64,000 nucleotides of DNA from the human T2T-CHM13v2.0 reference genome, Homo sapiens. Location of the stretch: the NCBI RefSeq assembly GCF_009914755.1, contig NC_060938.1, one strand, 5' to 3'. The notes under the pieces are model-generated. The model had not been told where the DNA came from, searched no databases, and saw only the letters and a program-made list of their open reading frames with translations. Positions 13,131 through 26,139 of this stretch are shown one piece after another; the first letter of the stretch is position 1, and each line of letters starts with the position of its first letter. Made by a program: the position numbers and the translations under genes.

Positions 13131-13468
13131 AGCCAGTCACGATGGCTCACGCCTGTAATCCCAGCACTTTGGGAGGCCGAGGCGGGTGGATCACAAGGTC
13201 ACTAGATGGAGACCATCCTGGCTAACAAGGTGAAACCCCGTCTCTACTAAAAATACACACACACACACACACACACAAAATTAGCTGGGCATGGTGGCAG
13301 GCGCCTGTGGTTCCAGCTACTCAGGAGGCTGAGGCAGGAGAGTGGCGTGAACCTGGGAGGTGGAGCTTGCAGTGAACCAAGATCACACTGCTGCACTCCA
13401 GCCTGGGCGACAGAGCAAGACTCCGTCTCAAAAAACAAACAAACAAAACAACAACAACAACAAAAAAA
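13131..13468 (+). mobile_element. AluY-type element with (AC)11 in the linker
   Basis: Full dimer with diagnostic accatcctggctaac, ggcgtgaacc and gagcttgcag. Tail is (CAAA/CAA)n. Imperfect TSD aaatagtggaat / aaatagtagaat. Confidence 0.93.
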
Positions 13469-13617
13469 ACAAATAGTAGAATTTTGATAAAGATAAGGTA
13501 GTGAGTGCCAATAATCCATATTTAAATAGAGTTGTGCTGTGCCTTTTAATTATTTATACAAACACTTTTTTGTATGTTGAATTGTTTGGAACACTACAGA
13601 CTGACTTTTGGTACTTT

Positions 13618-14484
13618 TGATGATAATTTTTATGTGCCAGTTTAGCTAGCCTATGGTGCTAAGTTCTTTGGCCAAATACCAATCTAGATGTTTCTGTGAA
13701 GACTTTTTGTAGAGTGATTAACATTTATAATTACTGTACTTTAAGTAAAAGAGATTATTCTAAATAATGTGAGTGAGCATTATCCAATCAAGACTCAAAA
13801 GTTAAACCTTAGGTTTCCAGCAGAGGAAATTCTGTCTCAAAACTGTAACATAGCAATCCTGCCTGATTTTCTAATTTGCTGGCCATCCACATAGATTTCA
13901 GAGTTATCAGTCCTCACAATGTCATTTGCTAATTTCTTAAAATAAATCTCTTTCCATATGTATTTATATCCCATTGGTTCAGTTTTTTGGGAGAACTGAT
14001 AAAGAAAAAGAATTCTGACACTTACTAAAATGATAATGAAGATTTTATTCAAGACTATTGCAATAGAGGTATTAAAACATGGGCGAGAGATTGGGCTCAT
14101 CTCTGAATACAACAAGCGTTAAGTGTAGATTTAAAGCCAAGGATCAGGGTGTGGGGGTGAGTGGGTAGAAATTACTAATAGAAAACATGAAAGGTAGGGG
14201 GATTCTTGCTAAGCCTACTTAACAGGATTCTTGCTGAATGCAATACAGGGTGATCAGAAATCAAGGGTTGAGGATGAAGAATTTGATCAGGTATCAAGGG
14301 TGATCAGATATCAAGGGTGAGAAGGTTCTCCACACACTGATTTTACCAGGATTCTTCCTAAAATTGGACTTGGCAAGGACAGACAGAGAATGCCAAGGTC
14401 AAAGTCTAGTCCAAAAAAGAACTCACAGGAACCTAAATAAAGTTTGGTCAAGAGAGGGGCTTTGTCAGAACCATGAATAATACA
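13618..14484 (+). mobile_element. MLT2 (ERVL) solo LTR, interrupted near its 3' end
   Basis: MLT2 start tgatgataatttttatgtgccagtt and motif tctagatgtttctgtgaag. The terminus ggagaac|catgaataataca is split by the MER31-like LTR. Confidence 0.8.
13997..14467 (-). mobile_element. ERV1 solo LTR (MER31/MER67 group)
   Basis: TG...CA ends. The minus strand begins tgacaaagcccctctcttgaccaaacttt. Perfect 4-bp TSD gaac (13993-13996 / 14468-14471). Confidence 0.85.
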
Positions 14485-14601
14485 GTGGGTGCTCTTCCCA
14501 AAAAATATTTGCTGCTATGCATTTAAAAAGCATTAACACATTTCAGCCACATTTTCTGGAAAAGCATGAAACATGACATAAAACATAAATCTTCACCTTT
14601 C

Positions 14602-14734
14602 TTTTTTTTTTTTTTTTGAGAGATGGGATCTGGCCGTGTTGCCCTGTCTAGGCTCAAACTCCTGGACTCAAGTGATTCTTCTGCCTCAGCCTCCCACAGT
14701 GCTGGGATTAGAGGTGTGAGCCACTGTACCTGGC
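14602..14734 (-). mobile_element. Alu monomer (FLAM-like)
   Basis: A T16 tail followed by a single left-arm-like monomer ending ...gagccactgtacctggc. Confidence 0.85.
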
Positions 14735-16192
14735 AATACAAATATTATTTTAACAGTTTGTATGAATGCACTAAGGTTTGAGAAGCCCAACTTTTCTATA
14801 AATAATTGGCTAAACATAGAAACATGTTGGGATTCGTGGAAATAAACACTTGCCTAAAATGAGCAGAAATTTAGTATCTATGAGGGTAAATCTAAGATAA
14901 TTGTATTCATTTTACAATAGATTATATTTTAAATATACTGACTGAGTTGTAAACTTACTGTGTAGAATGTAAACTGTGTTCTTATTATATCAAACAATAG
15001 AATTCTATATGATTAAATATTTAAGTGGCAGCAGCTGGCTTACTGCTACATAAAATGCAACCCCAGTTACACCCACTATTTTGAAATTCCTAGAATTGGA
15101 ACTGAAAACAAAAGCAGATAAAGCTTTATTAGCAAATACACAAAAATGTATTCACTTATAATTATGGCCATATAATTCTAACAAATGGTTTAATTTTATA
15201 TAAAGACCAAGTCAGTAAAGGTTGCAGATATAAATACTCATTTTTGCACTACTATTTATAACAATGAACAATTTCTACTATCAAGATGAAGAGGTAATAA
15301 TAGTGTCAAGGGATTGTATGTAAATGAATCTCATAGGCATTATAAGAGCACATAATAGAAATGACTTTCTCACGTGGTAAATGACTTTCTAAAAGGCCAG
15401 TGGTGGCACAAAATTCAATTACTGCAAATCTGTGAGTTTCTTTTCTCTCTCCTAGTTAGTATGTCATTTTTGTTTCCTTGATAATGGAAATTATTTTTAA
15501 AGTAGTAATGGAAAAAATTATAGATAGCTTATATAAATAAGTGAGATAGAATATATCTTATTATATTGCAAATTTGTCACTATCCTTTGAAGTGATAGAG
15601 GTTATTTCTAAAACAACAAATGACCAAAAAGCTTTATGTATGTTTATTATGTTAAGTTTTAAAATAATAGATGGACAGGTGAGTTTTCTGTCAGTCTGAT
15701 ACATTTCTGGGCAGAATCCTAAAAATTTGCTAAAAAATAAGAAGTCTTTATAAGAGATATGTGATAAAGTCACTGTCTGCAGAATTTAAGGTGTAAAGCA
15801 GACTACTGTAAAAAACTCCATTAAATAATAAACGTAAAAATTCATTCATCTTTATACTACAAAAAAGTAAATGCATTTAATATGTTAAATGCATTTTAGT
15901 GTGCTTTGTATTTTATCAGAAAACCCCAGATTGGCTACAAAATGTCTAATCTGACTGCAAATAGAAGTCATGAATAGTCACTCAAAAGAAATTTTTTTCA
16001 TTAGATTTAGAAAAACAGTTCAGGACTATTGCTTAAAGTGTGTGGCCAAGGACTGTAAGGTTTACCCTATGGATAATGAGAAACTGTTAATGGTATTTGA
16101 ATTGGGTTGAGAATGGAGTCACTAGCAGACCAATCACTTAAGAGAATTAGAAATACTGTAAAACACTCCTTAGGCCTTTTTCTGAAATTGCC

Positions 16193-16560
16193 TGTATGAG
16201 TTTCCTACTGTTGCCATACAAATTACAAAAGCTCATTGACTTAAAATAGCATCCATTTATATAACCTCACAGTTCTGTAGCTCAGAAATATGAAACAGAT
16301 CTCACTAGGCCAAACTCAAGATTATCACAGGGCTGAATTCTTACTGGAGGTTCTGAGAAAGAACAACTCTTTTAGGCTGTTAGCTAAATTCAGTACTTTA
16401 CATTTATAAGACTGGGGTCCTGGTTTCCTCACTTTCTGTCAATCAGAAACCGCATTCACCACAAGAAGCTTCTTTCAGGTCTTTGCACATGGGCTCTGTG
16501 TTACAGAGGCACGTGAAATCTTTTTCATAAATGGAATCTTCTTGACTTTTCATTCTACAG
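16193..16560 (-). mobile_element. MLT1 (MaLR) LTR fragment
   Basis: tgtatgagtttcctactgttgccata...cacagttctgtagctcagaa...ctggaggttctgag, typical of an antisense MLT1 3' end. Confidence 0.7.
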
Positions 16561-16812
16561 CAAACACTTCCAAAGAACGTCTAATTGACTTGAAGACCAA
16601 GGAAATTTTGTTCCATGAATTTAATATGAAGAGTAAAGAAGAATTCTAGTGTTCATGGATATAAAGCCACTCAACTGGGTATGTTAAATATGTATGAAAC
16701 ACAAATATTGTTATAATGGGTATTTTAAAACATCTAGCCATATGCTGAACTTGGTCTCAATGTTATTTAGTAGAAAAAGGCAGAAAAGTTAATAAGTAGA
16801 CATATGAACAGA

Positions 16813-18258
16813 ATAAGGAAAAAGAACAAATCTGGAGGCATCACACTACCTGATTTCAAACTCTACTATAAAGCCGTAGTCACTAAAACAGCATGGTACT
16901 GGTATAAAAATAGGCACATAGACCAGAGGAACAGAATAGAAAACCCAAAAATAAACCCAAATACTTACAGCCAACTGATCTTCAACATAGCAAACAAAAC
17001 AGAAAATGGGGAAAATACACCCTTTTCAACAAATGGTGCTGGGATAATTGGCTAGCCACATGTAGGAGAATGAAACTGGATCCTCATCTCTCACCTTATA
17101 CAAAAATCAACTCAAGATGGATTAAGTACTTAAATCTAAGACCTGAAACTAAAAAAATTCTATAAGATAACATTGGAAAAACACTTCTAGATATTGGCTT
17201 AAGCAAGGATTTCATGACCAAGAACCCAAAAGCAAATGCAATAAAAACAAAGATAGTTGGGGCTTAAACTAAAGAGCTTTTGCATGGCAAAAGGAACAGT
17301 CAGTAGAGTAAAGAGACAACCCACAGAGTGAGAGAAAATCTTCACAATCTATACATCTGACAGAGGACTAATATCCAGAATCTACAAAGAATTCAAATCA
17401 GTAAGAAAAAACAATCCCATCAAAAAGTGGACTAAGGACATGAATAGACAATTCTCAAAAGAAAATGAACAAATGGCCAATAAACATATGAGAAAATGCT
17501 CAGCATCACTAATGATCAGGGAAATGCAAATCAAAACCACAATACGATACCATCTTACTTCTGCAAGAATGGCCATGATCAAAATATCAAAAAACAGTAG
17601 ATATTGGCATGGATATGGTGACCAGGGAATACTTCTACGCTGCTGGTGGGAATGTAAACTAGTACAGTCACTATGGAAGACAGTGTGGAGACTCCTTAAA
17701 GAACTAAAAGTAGAACTGCCATTTGATCCAGCTATCCACCTACTGGGTATCTACCTAGAGGAAAAGAAGTAATTATATGAAAAAGATACTTGCACATGTA
17801 TGTTTATAGCAACACAATTCACAATTGCAAAATTGTGGAACCAACACAAATGCTCATCAACCAATGAGTGGATAAAGAAACTGTGGTATATATATATATA
17901 CACAATGGAATACTAAACAGTCATAAAAATGAATGAATTAGCTGTAGCGACCTGGATGAGATTGGAGAATATTATTCTCAGTGAAGAAACTCAGGAATTG
18001 AAAATCAAACATCATATGTTCTCACTGATATGTGGGAGCTAAGCTATGAGGAAGCAAAGGCATAAGACTGATACAATAGACTTTGGGGATTTGTGGGGAA
18101 GTTTAGGAGGTGGGGGCGAGGAATAAAAGACTACAAATATGGTGCAGTGTATACTGCTAGGGTGATGGGTGCACAAAAATCTCACAAATCACTACTAAAT
18201 AACTTACTCATGTAACCAAATACCACTTGTACCCCAATAACTTAAGGAAAAAGAAATA
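16813..18258 (+). mobile_element. 5'-truncated L1PB (L1PB1-like)
   Basis: ORF2 C-terminal fragments (ORFs 16804-17055 and 17440-17772). L1PB 3'UTR tgggagctaagctatgagg...catgtaaccaaataccac. Confidence 0.9.
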
Positions 18259-18393
18259 ATTAGTATAACTTTTCTTGGAAAGTAGTAGGGAGAGGAATGG
18301 GGAAAAGAGAATGAAATGAAATATCAGAGAATTTTATAACATGTTTATACAGACAGTGACTTTTCTTCCTCTAAAATTAACCCCTTTACACAC

Positions 18394-18745
18394 TGTATTA
18401 GTTAGTTCTCACGCTGCTATGAAGAAATACCCAGGACTGGGTAATTTATAGAGTAAAGAGGTTTAATTGACTCACAGTTCTGCATGGCTGGGAGGCCTCA
18501 GGAAACTTACAATTATGGCAGAAGGCACATCGTCACAGGATAGCAGTAGAGAAAATGAGCACAAGCATGGGAAATGTCAAACGCTTATAAAATCATCAGA
18601 TCTCATGAGACTCACTCATTATGAGGAGAACAGCATAGGGAAAACCTCCCCCACGCCCTGCCCCACCTGGTTCTGTACTTGACACATGGGGATTACTACA
18701 ATTCAAAGTGAGATTTAGGTGGGGACACAGAACCAATCTGCGTCA
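18394..18745 (-). mobile_element. THE1 (THE1C-like) MaLR solo LTR
   Basis: tgtattagttagttctcacgctgctatgaagaaatacc...ggggacacagaaccaatctgcgtca. About 350 bp with TG...CA ends. Confidence 0.88.
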
Positions 18746-19517
18746 CACCACCACACATATACATAAACACATTAATATGCACATGCATAAACCTATAGAA
18801 TTTATGAGAAATTCTGTTTATTTGTTGTTTGAATCTATTGTAGATGGATAGGTGTAGAAATCTATATACGTTATGAAAACCAAATCAAATGTAAATGGAA
18901 GTAGGCATGGATAGAGGACATGTATGTCTAGTCAGACAATAGTTCTGAATCTAAATTTTTGTGAAATCCTTATGACCACATGTTTTCAAAAATGACATCG
19001 TTCTGAAAAAGATGGCATGTTAGCTGTAGTTAAGAATAAACAACTTACAATTATAAGGCCAAAATGTTGATAATCATATGGGAAAATGCTGAATCAGAAA
19101 CAGGAAAAAGTTATCCTTTTAGAAAAAGAAGAACATATCTTCCAGTGGAGAAAAATGGGTTTCAAATACATTGTGTGTTTTTATGTATACATGCATGCAT
19201 GCTGAGTTGTGCATATATAAGCACCTTTTTACTTTACAGGTGTACTTAATACATTGAAGTACTGAATTTTGTCATTATCAAACAGAATGAAAGAATATCA
19301 GAATTCTAGGAATAACATCAGGATTCAAATATGAAAGGCATTGAGTATCTGAGGGCAATATTTTCAGGTGCCTAAACTTATGCCAATATAAATGTCAAGG
19401 GAACTAGAAAGATCATACACAATCAGATCCAATGCACAAAGATCGTAACAAAAACAGGAATTGTGACATCAGTCTTTATTTTAAAATAACATTAACTAGT
19501 CAATGAATTTGAAAAAA

Positions 19518-20762
19518 TATATATCAAATTTTCTTTATCCATTTGTTCTTTGATGGGCATTTAGACTGGTTCCATATTTTTGCAATTGTGAATTGTGCTG
19601 CTATAAACATGCATGTGCATATGTCTTTTACATATAATCACCACTTCTCCTTTGGGTAGATACTCAGTAGTGGAATTGCTGGATTGAATGGTAGTTATAC
19701 TTTTAGTTCTTTAAGGAATCTCCACACTGTTTTCCACAGTGGCTGTACTATTTACATTCCCACCAGCAGTGTAAAAGTGTTCCCTTTTCACCACATCCAT
19801 GCCAACATGTTATTATTATTGTTTAAATTATGGCCATTCTTGCAGGAGTAACATGGTATCCCGCTGTGGTTTTAACTTGCATTTCCCTGATGATTAGTGA
19901 TGTTGAGCAGGTTTGTTGGCCATTTGTGTATCTTCTTTTGAGAGTTGTCAATTGAGACAACTTCTCTTCTTTTGAGAGTTTTTGTGTTTGTTGGCCATTT
20001 GTATATCTTCTTTTGAGAGTTGCCAATTCATATACCGTGCCCACTTTTTGATGGGATTGTTTGTTTTGTATTTTGCTGATTTGTTTCAGTTCCTTGTAGA
20101 TTCTGGACATTAGTCCTTTGTCTGATGCATAGTTTGCAAATATGTTTTCCCATTCTCTGTGTTATCTGTTTACTCTGCTGAGTATTATTATTATTATTTG
20201 CTGTGCAGAAGATTTTTAGTTTAATTAGGTCCCATCTATTTTTGTTGCATTTGCTTTTGGGTTTTTAGTCATGAGGTCTTTGCCTAAGGCAATGTCCAGA
20301 AGTGTTTTTTGGATGTTAATTTCTAGATTTTTTATTGTTTCAGGTCTTGCATTTAAGTCTTTGGTCCATCTTGAGTTGTGATACTACTCAGCAATAAAAA
20401 GGAATAAAATAATAGCATTTGCAGCAACCTGAATGGAGTTGGAGACTATTATTCTAAGTAAAGTAATTCAAAAATGGAAAATCAAATAGCATATGTTCTC
20501 ATTTACAAGTGGGAGTTAACATATGATTACACAAAGGCAAAATTATGATATCAATGATCTTGGGGAATCAGAGGGAAGGGTGAGAGGGGGTTGAGGGATA
20601 AAAGACTACGCATTGGGTACAGTGTACACTACTTGGTGATGGATGTACCAAAATCTCAGAAATTACCACGAAAGAACAAAGAACTTATCCATGTAATCAA
20701 AAACCACCTATTCCACAAAAAACTGTTGAAATAAAATAAAATAAATAATAAAAATAAAAAAT
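19518..20762 (+). mobile_element. L1PB (L1PB3/4-like) with 5' inversion: minus segment 19518-20378, plus segment ~20380-20762
   Basis: An antisense ORF2 segment is joined to a sense 3' end and A-rich tail. The left end of the inverted part abuts the start of the sense part in L1 coordinates. Confidence 0.88.
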
Positions 20763-21782
20763 AGAACTATGAGAATTCACTTTAACCTAAGAAAATTCTC
20801 CACAGTGTCATATTCATACAGAAGTTATTATCTGAATATATATTAAATATATTGTTTTATCTTGGACGAAAAATGAATTTTCTTAGATAATTGGTACACT
20901 GGTTTCTTAAAAGGATATATAATCCTTCTCAATAGATGAGTAGTTTGCTGTCAAGAAAAGCTTTCTTTTTAATATAAAATAAATCTCCATGGATATTTAG
21001 CACTAATTTGAAAGTTACAACAATTTGAAGTGATGGCAAACTGAGGATTATCTACTCTGTTTATTAAAATTATTTAATAAATGACATGAAAAACAACCAA
21101 AAAAAGGCCGATATGTAGAAGCTTAAATCTTAGAATTAGCTTGGCCCTTATTCATTTTATCTAACATTCTAGCAATGGAAAAATTTTCTCTACGATGTCT
21201 TTGAAGCCTTTTTTTTTTCCTTTATTTTCTCTCACTGATTTCAGTTCCTTAAAAGCAATGCTTATAGAAAACCATTTCTGAATTATTTTGATAATGCTTC
21301 TCTGTCACAGTATGTCATTTAAAATAGTGCCCCAGGTATGGGGTGTGATATTGCAGACACTGTCTGAGGAGTGCAGATTTCAGTTATTACTTCACATGAC
21401 ACACAGTATTGTTCCATTAATTTTAAAAGAAAACATTATTTACAGTTAGAATTACCCTTCAAGCTGACTAGATCATGTTAAATAGGAGCCTCTTTCATTT
21501 TCCTGACTCCTTGAAGAGTGCAGGTATTCTAGTTTTGAAAAGAGTTCTAAGCTACAGAATTTCTAATTGTGAATAATAGAGGAAAAATGAATGATTCTCA
21601 CGGCATTTGGGGAGAAAAATGGAACAAAAATGATTGGCAGTTAAATGCTATGTTGTGTGAAAGAAAAAGTAATATTTCTATTAATACTAATTTTCTATAT
21701 TTGTATTAATGAAGACAAATATATTCACTTTTACATATTTATTTCTATTCAGCCAAGTGATCAAATGCCACAGGTAATATTT

Positions 21783-23764
21783 ACTTATTTATTTATTATT
21801 TTTATTTTTATTTTCATAGGTTTTGGGGGAACAGGTGGTGTTCAGTTACATGAATAAGTTCCTTAGTGGTGGCTTCTGAGATTTTGGAGCACCCATCACC
21901 TGAGCAGTATACATGGTACCCAATTTGCAGTCTTATCCTTTACCCCCCACACTTTCCCCTGAATCCCCAAAGTCCATTGTATCATTATTATGCCTTTGCA
22001 TCGTCATAGCTTAGCACCTACTTATTAGTGAGAACATACAATGTTTAGTTTTCCATTCCTGAGTTACTTCACTTAGAATAATGCCTCCAATTCCATCCAG
22101 GTCGTGTGAACGCCATTATTTTATTCCTTTTTATGGTGGAGTAATATTTCATGGTGTATGTATACCACAATTTCTTTATCAGCTCGTTGATTGATGGGCA
22201 TTTGGGCTGATTCCATATTTTTGCAATCGCGAATTGTGCTGCTATAAATATGCATGTGCAAATATCTTTTTGTATAGACATAATGACTTCTTTTCCTCTG
22301 GGTAGATAGATACCCAGTAGTGGGATTGCTGGATCAAATGGTAGTGCTACTTTTATTTCTTTAAGGAATATCCACACTGTTTTCCATAGTGGTTGTACTA
22401 GTTTACATTCCCACTAGCAGTGTAAAAGTGTTCCCTTTTCACCACATCCCCACCAACATCCATTATTTTTTAATTTTTTGATTATAGCCATTCCAGTACG
22501 AGTGAGGTGGTATTCCATTGTGGTTTTGATTTGCATTTCCCTGATTGCTAGTGATGTTGAGCATTTTTTTTCCTACGCCTTTGGCCACTTGTAAATCTTC
22601 TTTTGAGAATTGTCTATTCATGTTCTTGGGCCACTTTTTGATGGGATTGTTTATTTTTCCTGGATATTTGTCCTATGTTTGATATATAGATTACAAAGAT
22701 TTTCTCCTACTTTGTGGGTTGTTTACCCTGCTGATTTTTTCTTCTGCTGTTCAGAAGCTTTTTAGTTTAATTAAATTGCAACTATTTATTTTGTCTTTGT
22801 TGCATTTGCTTTTAGGTTGTTGGTCATGAAGTTTTTGCCTAAACCAATATCTATCTAAAAGGGTTTTTCCAATGTTATCCTCCAGAACTTTTATGGTTTC
22901 ATGTCTTAGATTTACTTCCTTAATCCAGGTTGAGATGATTTTTATATAAAGGAGAGATAAAGATCCAATTTCCTTCTTCTACATGTAGCTTGTCAATTAT
23001 CTCAGCAACATTTGTTGAATAGGGTGTTCTTCCCCACTTTATGGTTTTGCTTGCTTTGTTGAAGATCAGTTGGCTGTAAGTATTTAGGTTTATTTCTAGG
23101 TTCTCTATTCTGTTCCATTGGTCCATGTGCCTATTTTTATACTAGTACCATGCTGTTTTGGTGACTATGGCCTTATAGTATAATGTGAAGTCAGGTAATG
23201 TGATGTCTCCAGATTTGTTCTTTTTGCTTAATCTTGCTTTGGCTATGTGGGCTCTTTTTTCGTTCTATATGAATTTTAGGATTGTTTTTTCCAACTCTGT
23301 AAAGAATGATGGTAGTATTTTAATGAGAATTGCATTGGATTTGTAGATTGGTTTTGGCGGTATGGTCATTTTCACGATATTGATTCTACCCACCCATGAA
23401 CATAAGATGTGTTGTCTATGGTTTCTTTCAGCAGTGTTTTATGGTTTTTCTTGTAGAGGTATTTCACCTCCTTGGTTAGGTATATTCATAAGTGTTTTTT
23501 CTTCCTTTCTTTTTTTACAGCTATTGTAAAAGGGGTTGAGCTCTGGATTTAATTCTCCACTTGGCCACTGTTGGTATATAGCAGAGCTACTGGTTTGTGT
23601 GCATTAATTTTGAATCCTGAAACATAGCTGAATTCAGTTATCAGTTCTAGGAGCTTTTTGGATGAGTCTTTAGAGTTTTCTAGTTATACTGTCATATCAT
23701 CAGCATACAGTGACAGTTTAAATTCCTCTTTACCAAATGGATTCCATTCATTTCTTTCTCTTGT
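21783..23764 (-). mobile_element. 5'-truncated L1PB (L1PB1/2-like)
   Basis: T-rich tail, then taggttttgggggaacaggtggtg. ORF2 fragments in ORFs 22069-22377 and 22920-23126. Confidence 0.9.
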
Positions 23765-23789
23765 GAAACTGGAGTAAACATTCATTTCA

Positions 23790-24750
23790 AATAGGAAATG
23801 AAAGTTACCCTTAAAAGAAGATATTGGTTTAATTGAAATTTACTAAAATGTAGAAATTTGTTCAACAAAGAAAATTACTCATAAAATAAAAAGGCAAACA
23901 AACTACTGGTATAAAATGTTTGTTACATATAAATGAGTTGGAAGATTTCGATGTATATAGGAAAATGAACTGCTTCGAATCAATAATAAAGACAGAGATA
24001 AAGATACGAGGAAAATAGAGTTACCTTGAATATAAGATATCCAAATGATCTAGAAAAATATTCAAAGGCACTTAACATCACTAGAATAAAGAAAAACTCA
24101 AATTAAACCACAAAGACATAATAGTTGATATAAAAAAGAATGACAATAGTAATTGTTGGTAAGATCAGTATTAGATAGAGCAATTAGAAATCTTATGCAT
24201 AATTGCTAAAGTGCAATGCCTGTATTCACTTTGGAGAACAATTCAAAAATACCTGAAGCTAAACATATAGAAATTCCAGTTGTAGGTATATACCCAAGAG
24301 AAGGAAGTGCATATTACCGAAAAAGGATGCATTAAAAAGGTAATACCAGCTTCATTCAAAATAGCTAACAACTAGAAACAACAGAAATGCTCATCTAGCA
24401 GAAAATCAGTAAATGCTAGTATTTTCATCTAATGGGATACTATATAATAACAAAAGATATACTAGTGATAAAGGTGAGTAAAAAAATTATTTTGAGCAAA
24501 ATAAGCTAGACACTTTAGGTTATATTTCCATTTATATGAAGTAACAGGAAACTCATCTGTATTTTTAGAAGGGGTAATAATGGTTACTGAGAAGGGACAC
24601 AGGAGAATATTTTGGGTGTGATAGAAATGTTAAATGTATTAGTCTCTGTGGTAGTATTTAGGTATGTGTCTAAGTGAAACACGTGGCTATACATTGAAAT
24701 GTATGCATATTATTTTATGTACCTCTTATGTCATTTAAAAACAACTTAAA
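23790..24750 (+). mobile_element. Old L1ME/L1MC 3' portion
   Basis: Degenerate ORF2 C-terminal and 3'UTR motifs (aattccagttgtaggtatatacccaagagaa, aatgggatactatata). Confidence 0.6.
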
Positions 24751-26139
24751 TTATCCAGATTATGAATACTTTTATAAGCAGGGTAAATTTACAAATAACT
24801 TTGAATGGTCATAGTCTTAGAAAAATACAACACTTAGCAATAGAGGCTTATATAAATATGAGACTAAATTAATTCTGTAAGTATTTGGTAACTAGACTCT
24901 TAATTTTAAAATGTTCCCCAGTGAAATTTTGGGAACCACATGTTTTTCAACAGGGAATTCTCAACAGAGTTTTTTAAAATGAATAGAAACAAAGAGAATC
25001 TTATCTAAAACTTTTTATGAGACGTACATTATCTTTATATCAAAACCTGACAAAGATATCACAACATGGGACATTACTATGCCATTCACACATTCTGAGT
25101 AGAGATCCCTGAGATTATATACAAAAATGCGAAGCATGAGAACAAATACATTTTAAAGATAGCATTTAATATGAAATATGAAGATTTAGAAAATTGTTAT
25201 TCAAGTTCTTAGGTTAATGAATTAACCTAAAAAAGTGACTGGAAAGTTGGATGTTGACTTATGAATTGCTGCAGATAAGAAGAAAGAGAGGGTGGGCAGA
25301 GAGAAGGAAGCACAAAGAAAGAATGAGACTTTGGATTTTGCCATTTTCCTGGATCAATGGTTCAATCATAAAATTATTATCAAATTCATGTCTTTATATT
25401 TTAACTATACACACATTCATTCATACACATTACACAAATATAATATTGTTTAGTGAGTGTTTTCAATTGCTGTAAATATAAAAAATTGTGATATTTGCTC
25501 TCTTCACTCAACATTACATTTCCTAGGTACAGGGATTCATACAGATCTGGTTCATGGATTATAACTGCTAAATATAAATATACAAATAAACCAAGGTTCA
25601 TTAACTATTCTATTAATTATGGGCATTTCACTTATATCTAACATCTTTGCCCATGGCTCCTTATATTTTTTTCTAGGGCATATAATTAGATAAAAAATTT
25701 CTTAGTTATCACATATGTGTACTTGAAACTTTATCAGGTATTACGGAGCTGATCTCCAAAAATATTTTACCAATTGTCTTCATAACCAGCAGTTATTGAA
25801 AATTCCTATTCTCTTATAAGGAAACAACAGATGTTTTAATGTATACATGAGGATTAATGCAGTTAGGAGTTTAAAAAAGAGAAATTGAGAGATGAAAGGT
25901 ATTAACAATTAGCACAAAACTCTATTTTGTGATGGATGCTATAAAGAAGAGAGAAAACATTAAATATGTCATATTTATTATATAAATATTGGTGTCATTT
26001 ATATTATCAATTATTTTCTAGGCCTTGAGGTAACAGCATTTAATAGAATGCACATTTTGGCCTTTATTGAGACTATATTGTTGTCAGGAAAATATACCAT
26101 AATCAAATAAATACACAGTATAATTCCATTAATATATTT

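Noticed and set aside
14200-14360. Short direct repeats (tgatcaga/gtatcaaggg, aggattcttg/cct) resembling a spaced array
   Set aside because: Internal repeats of the MER31-like LTR, with irregular spacing, no CRISPR-like spacers and a eukaryotic context.
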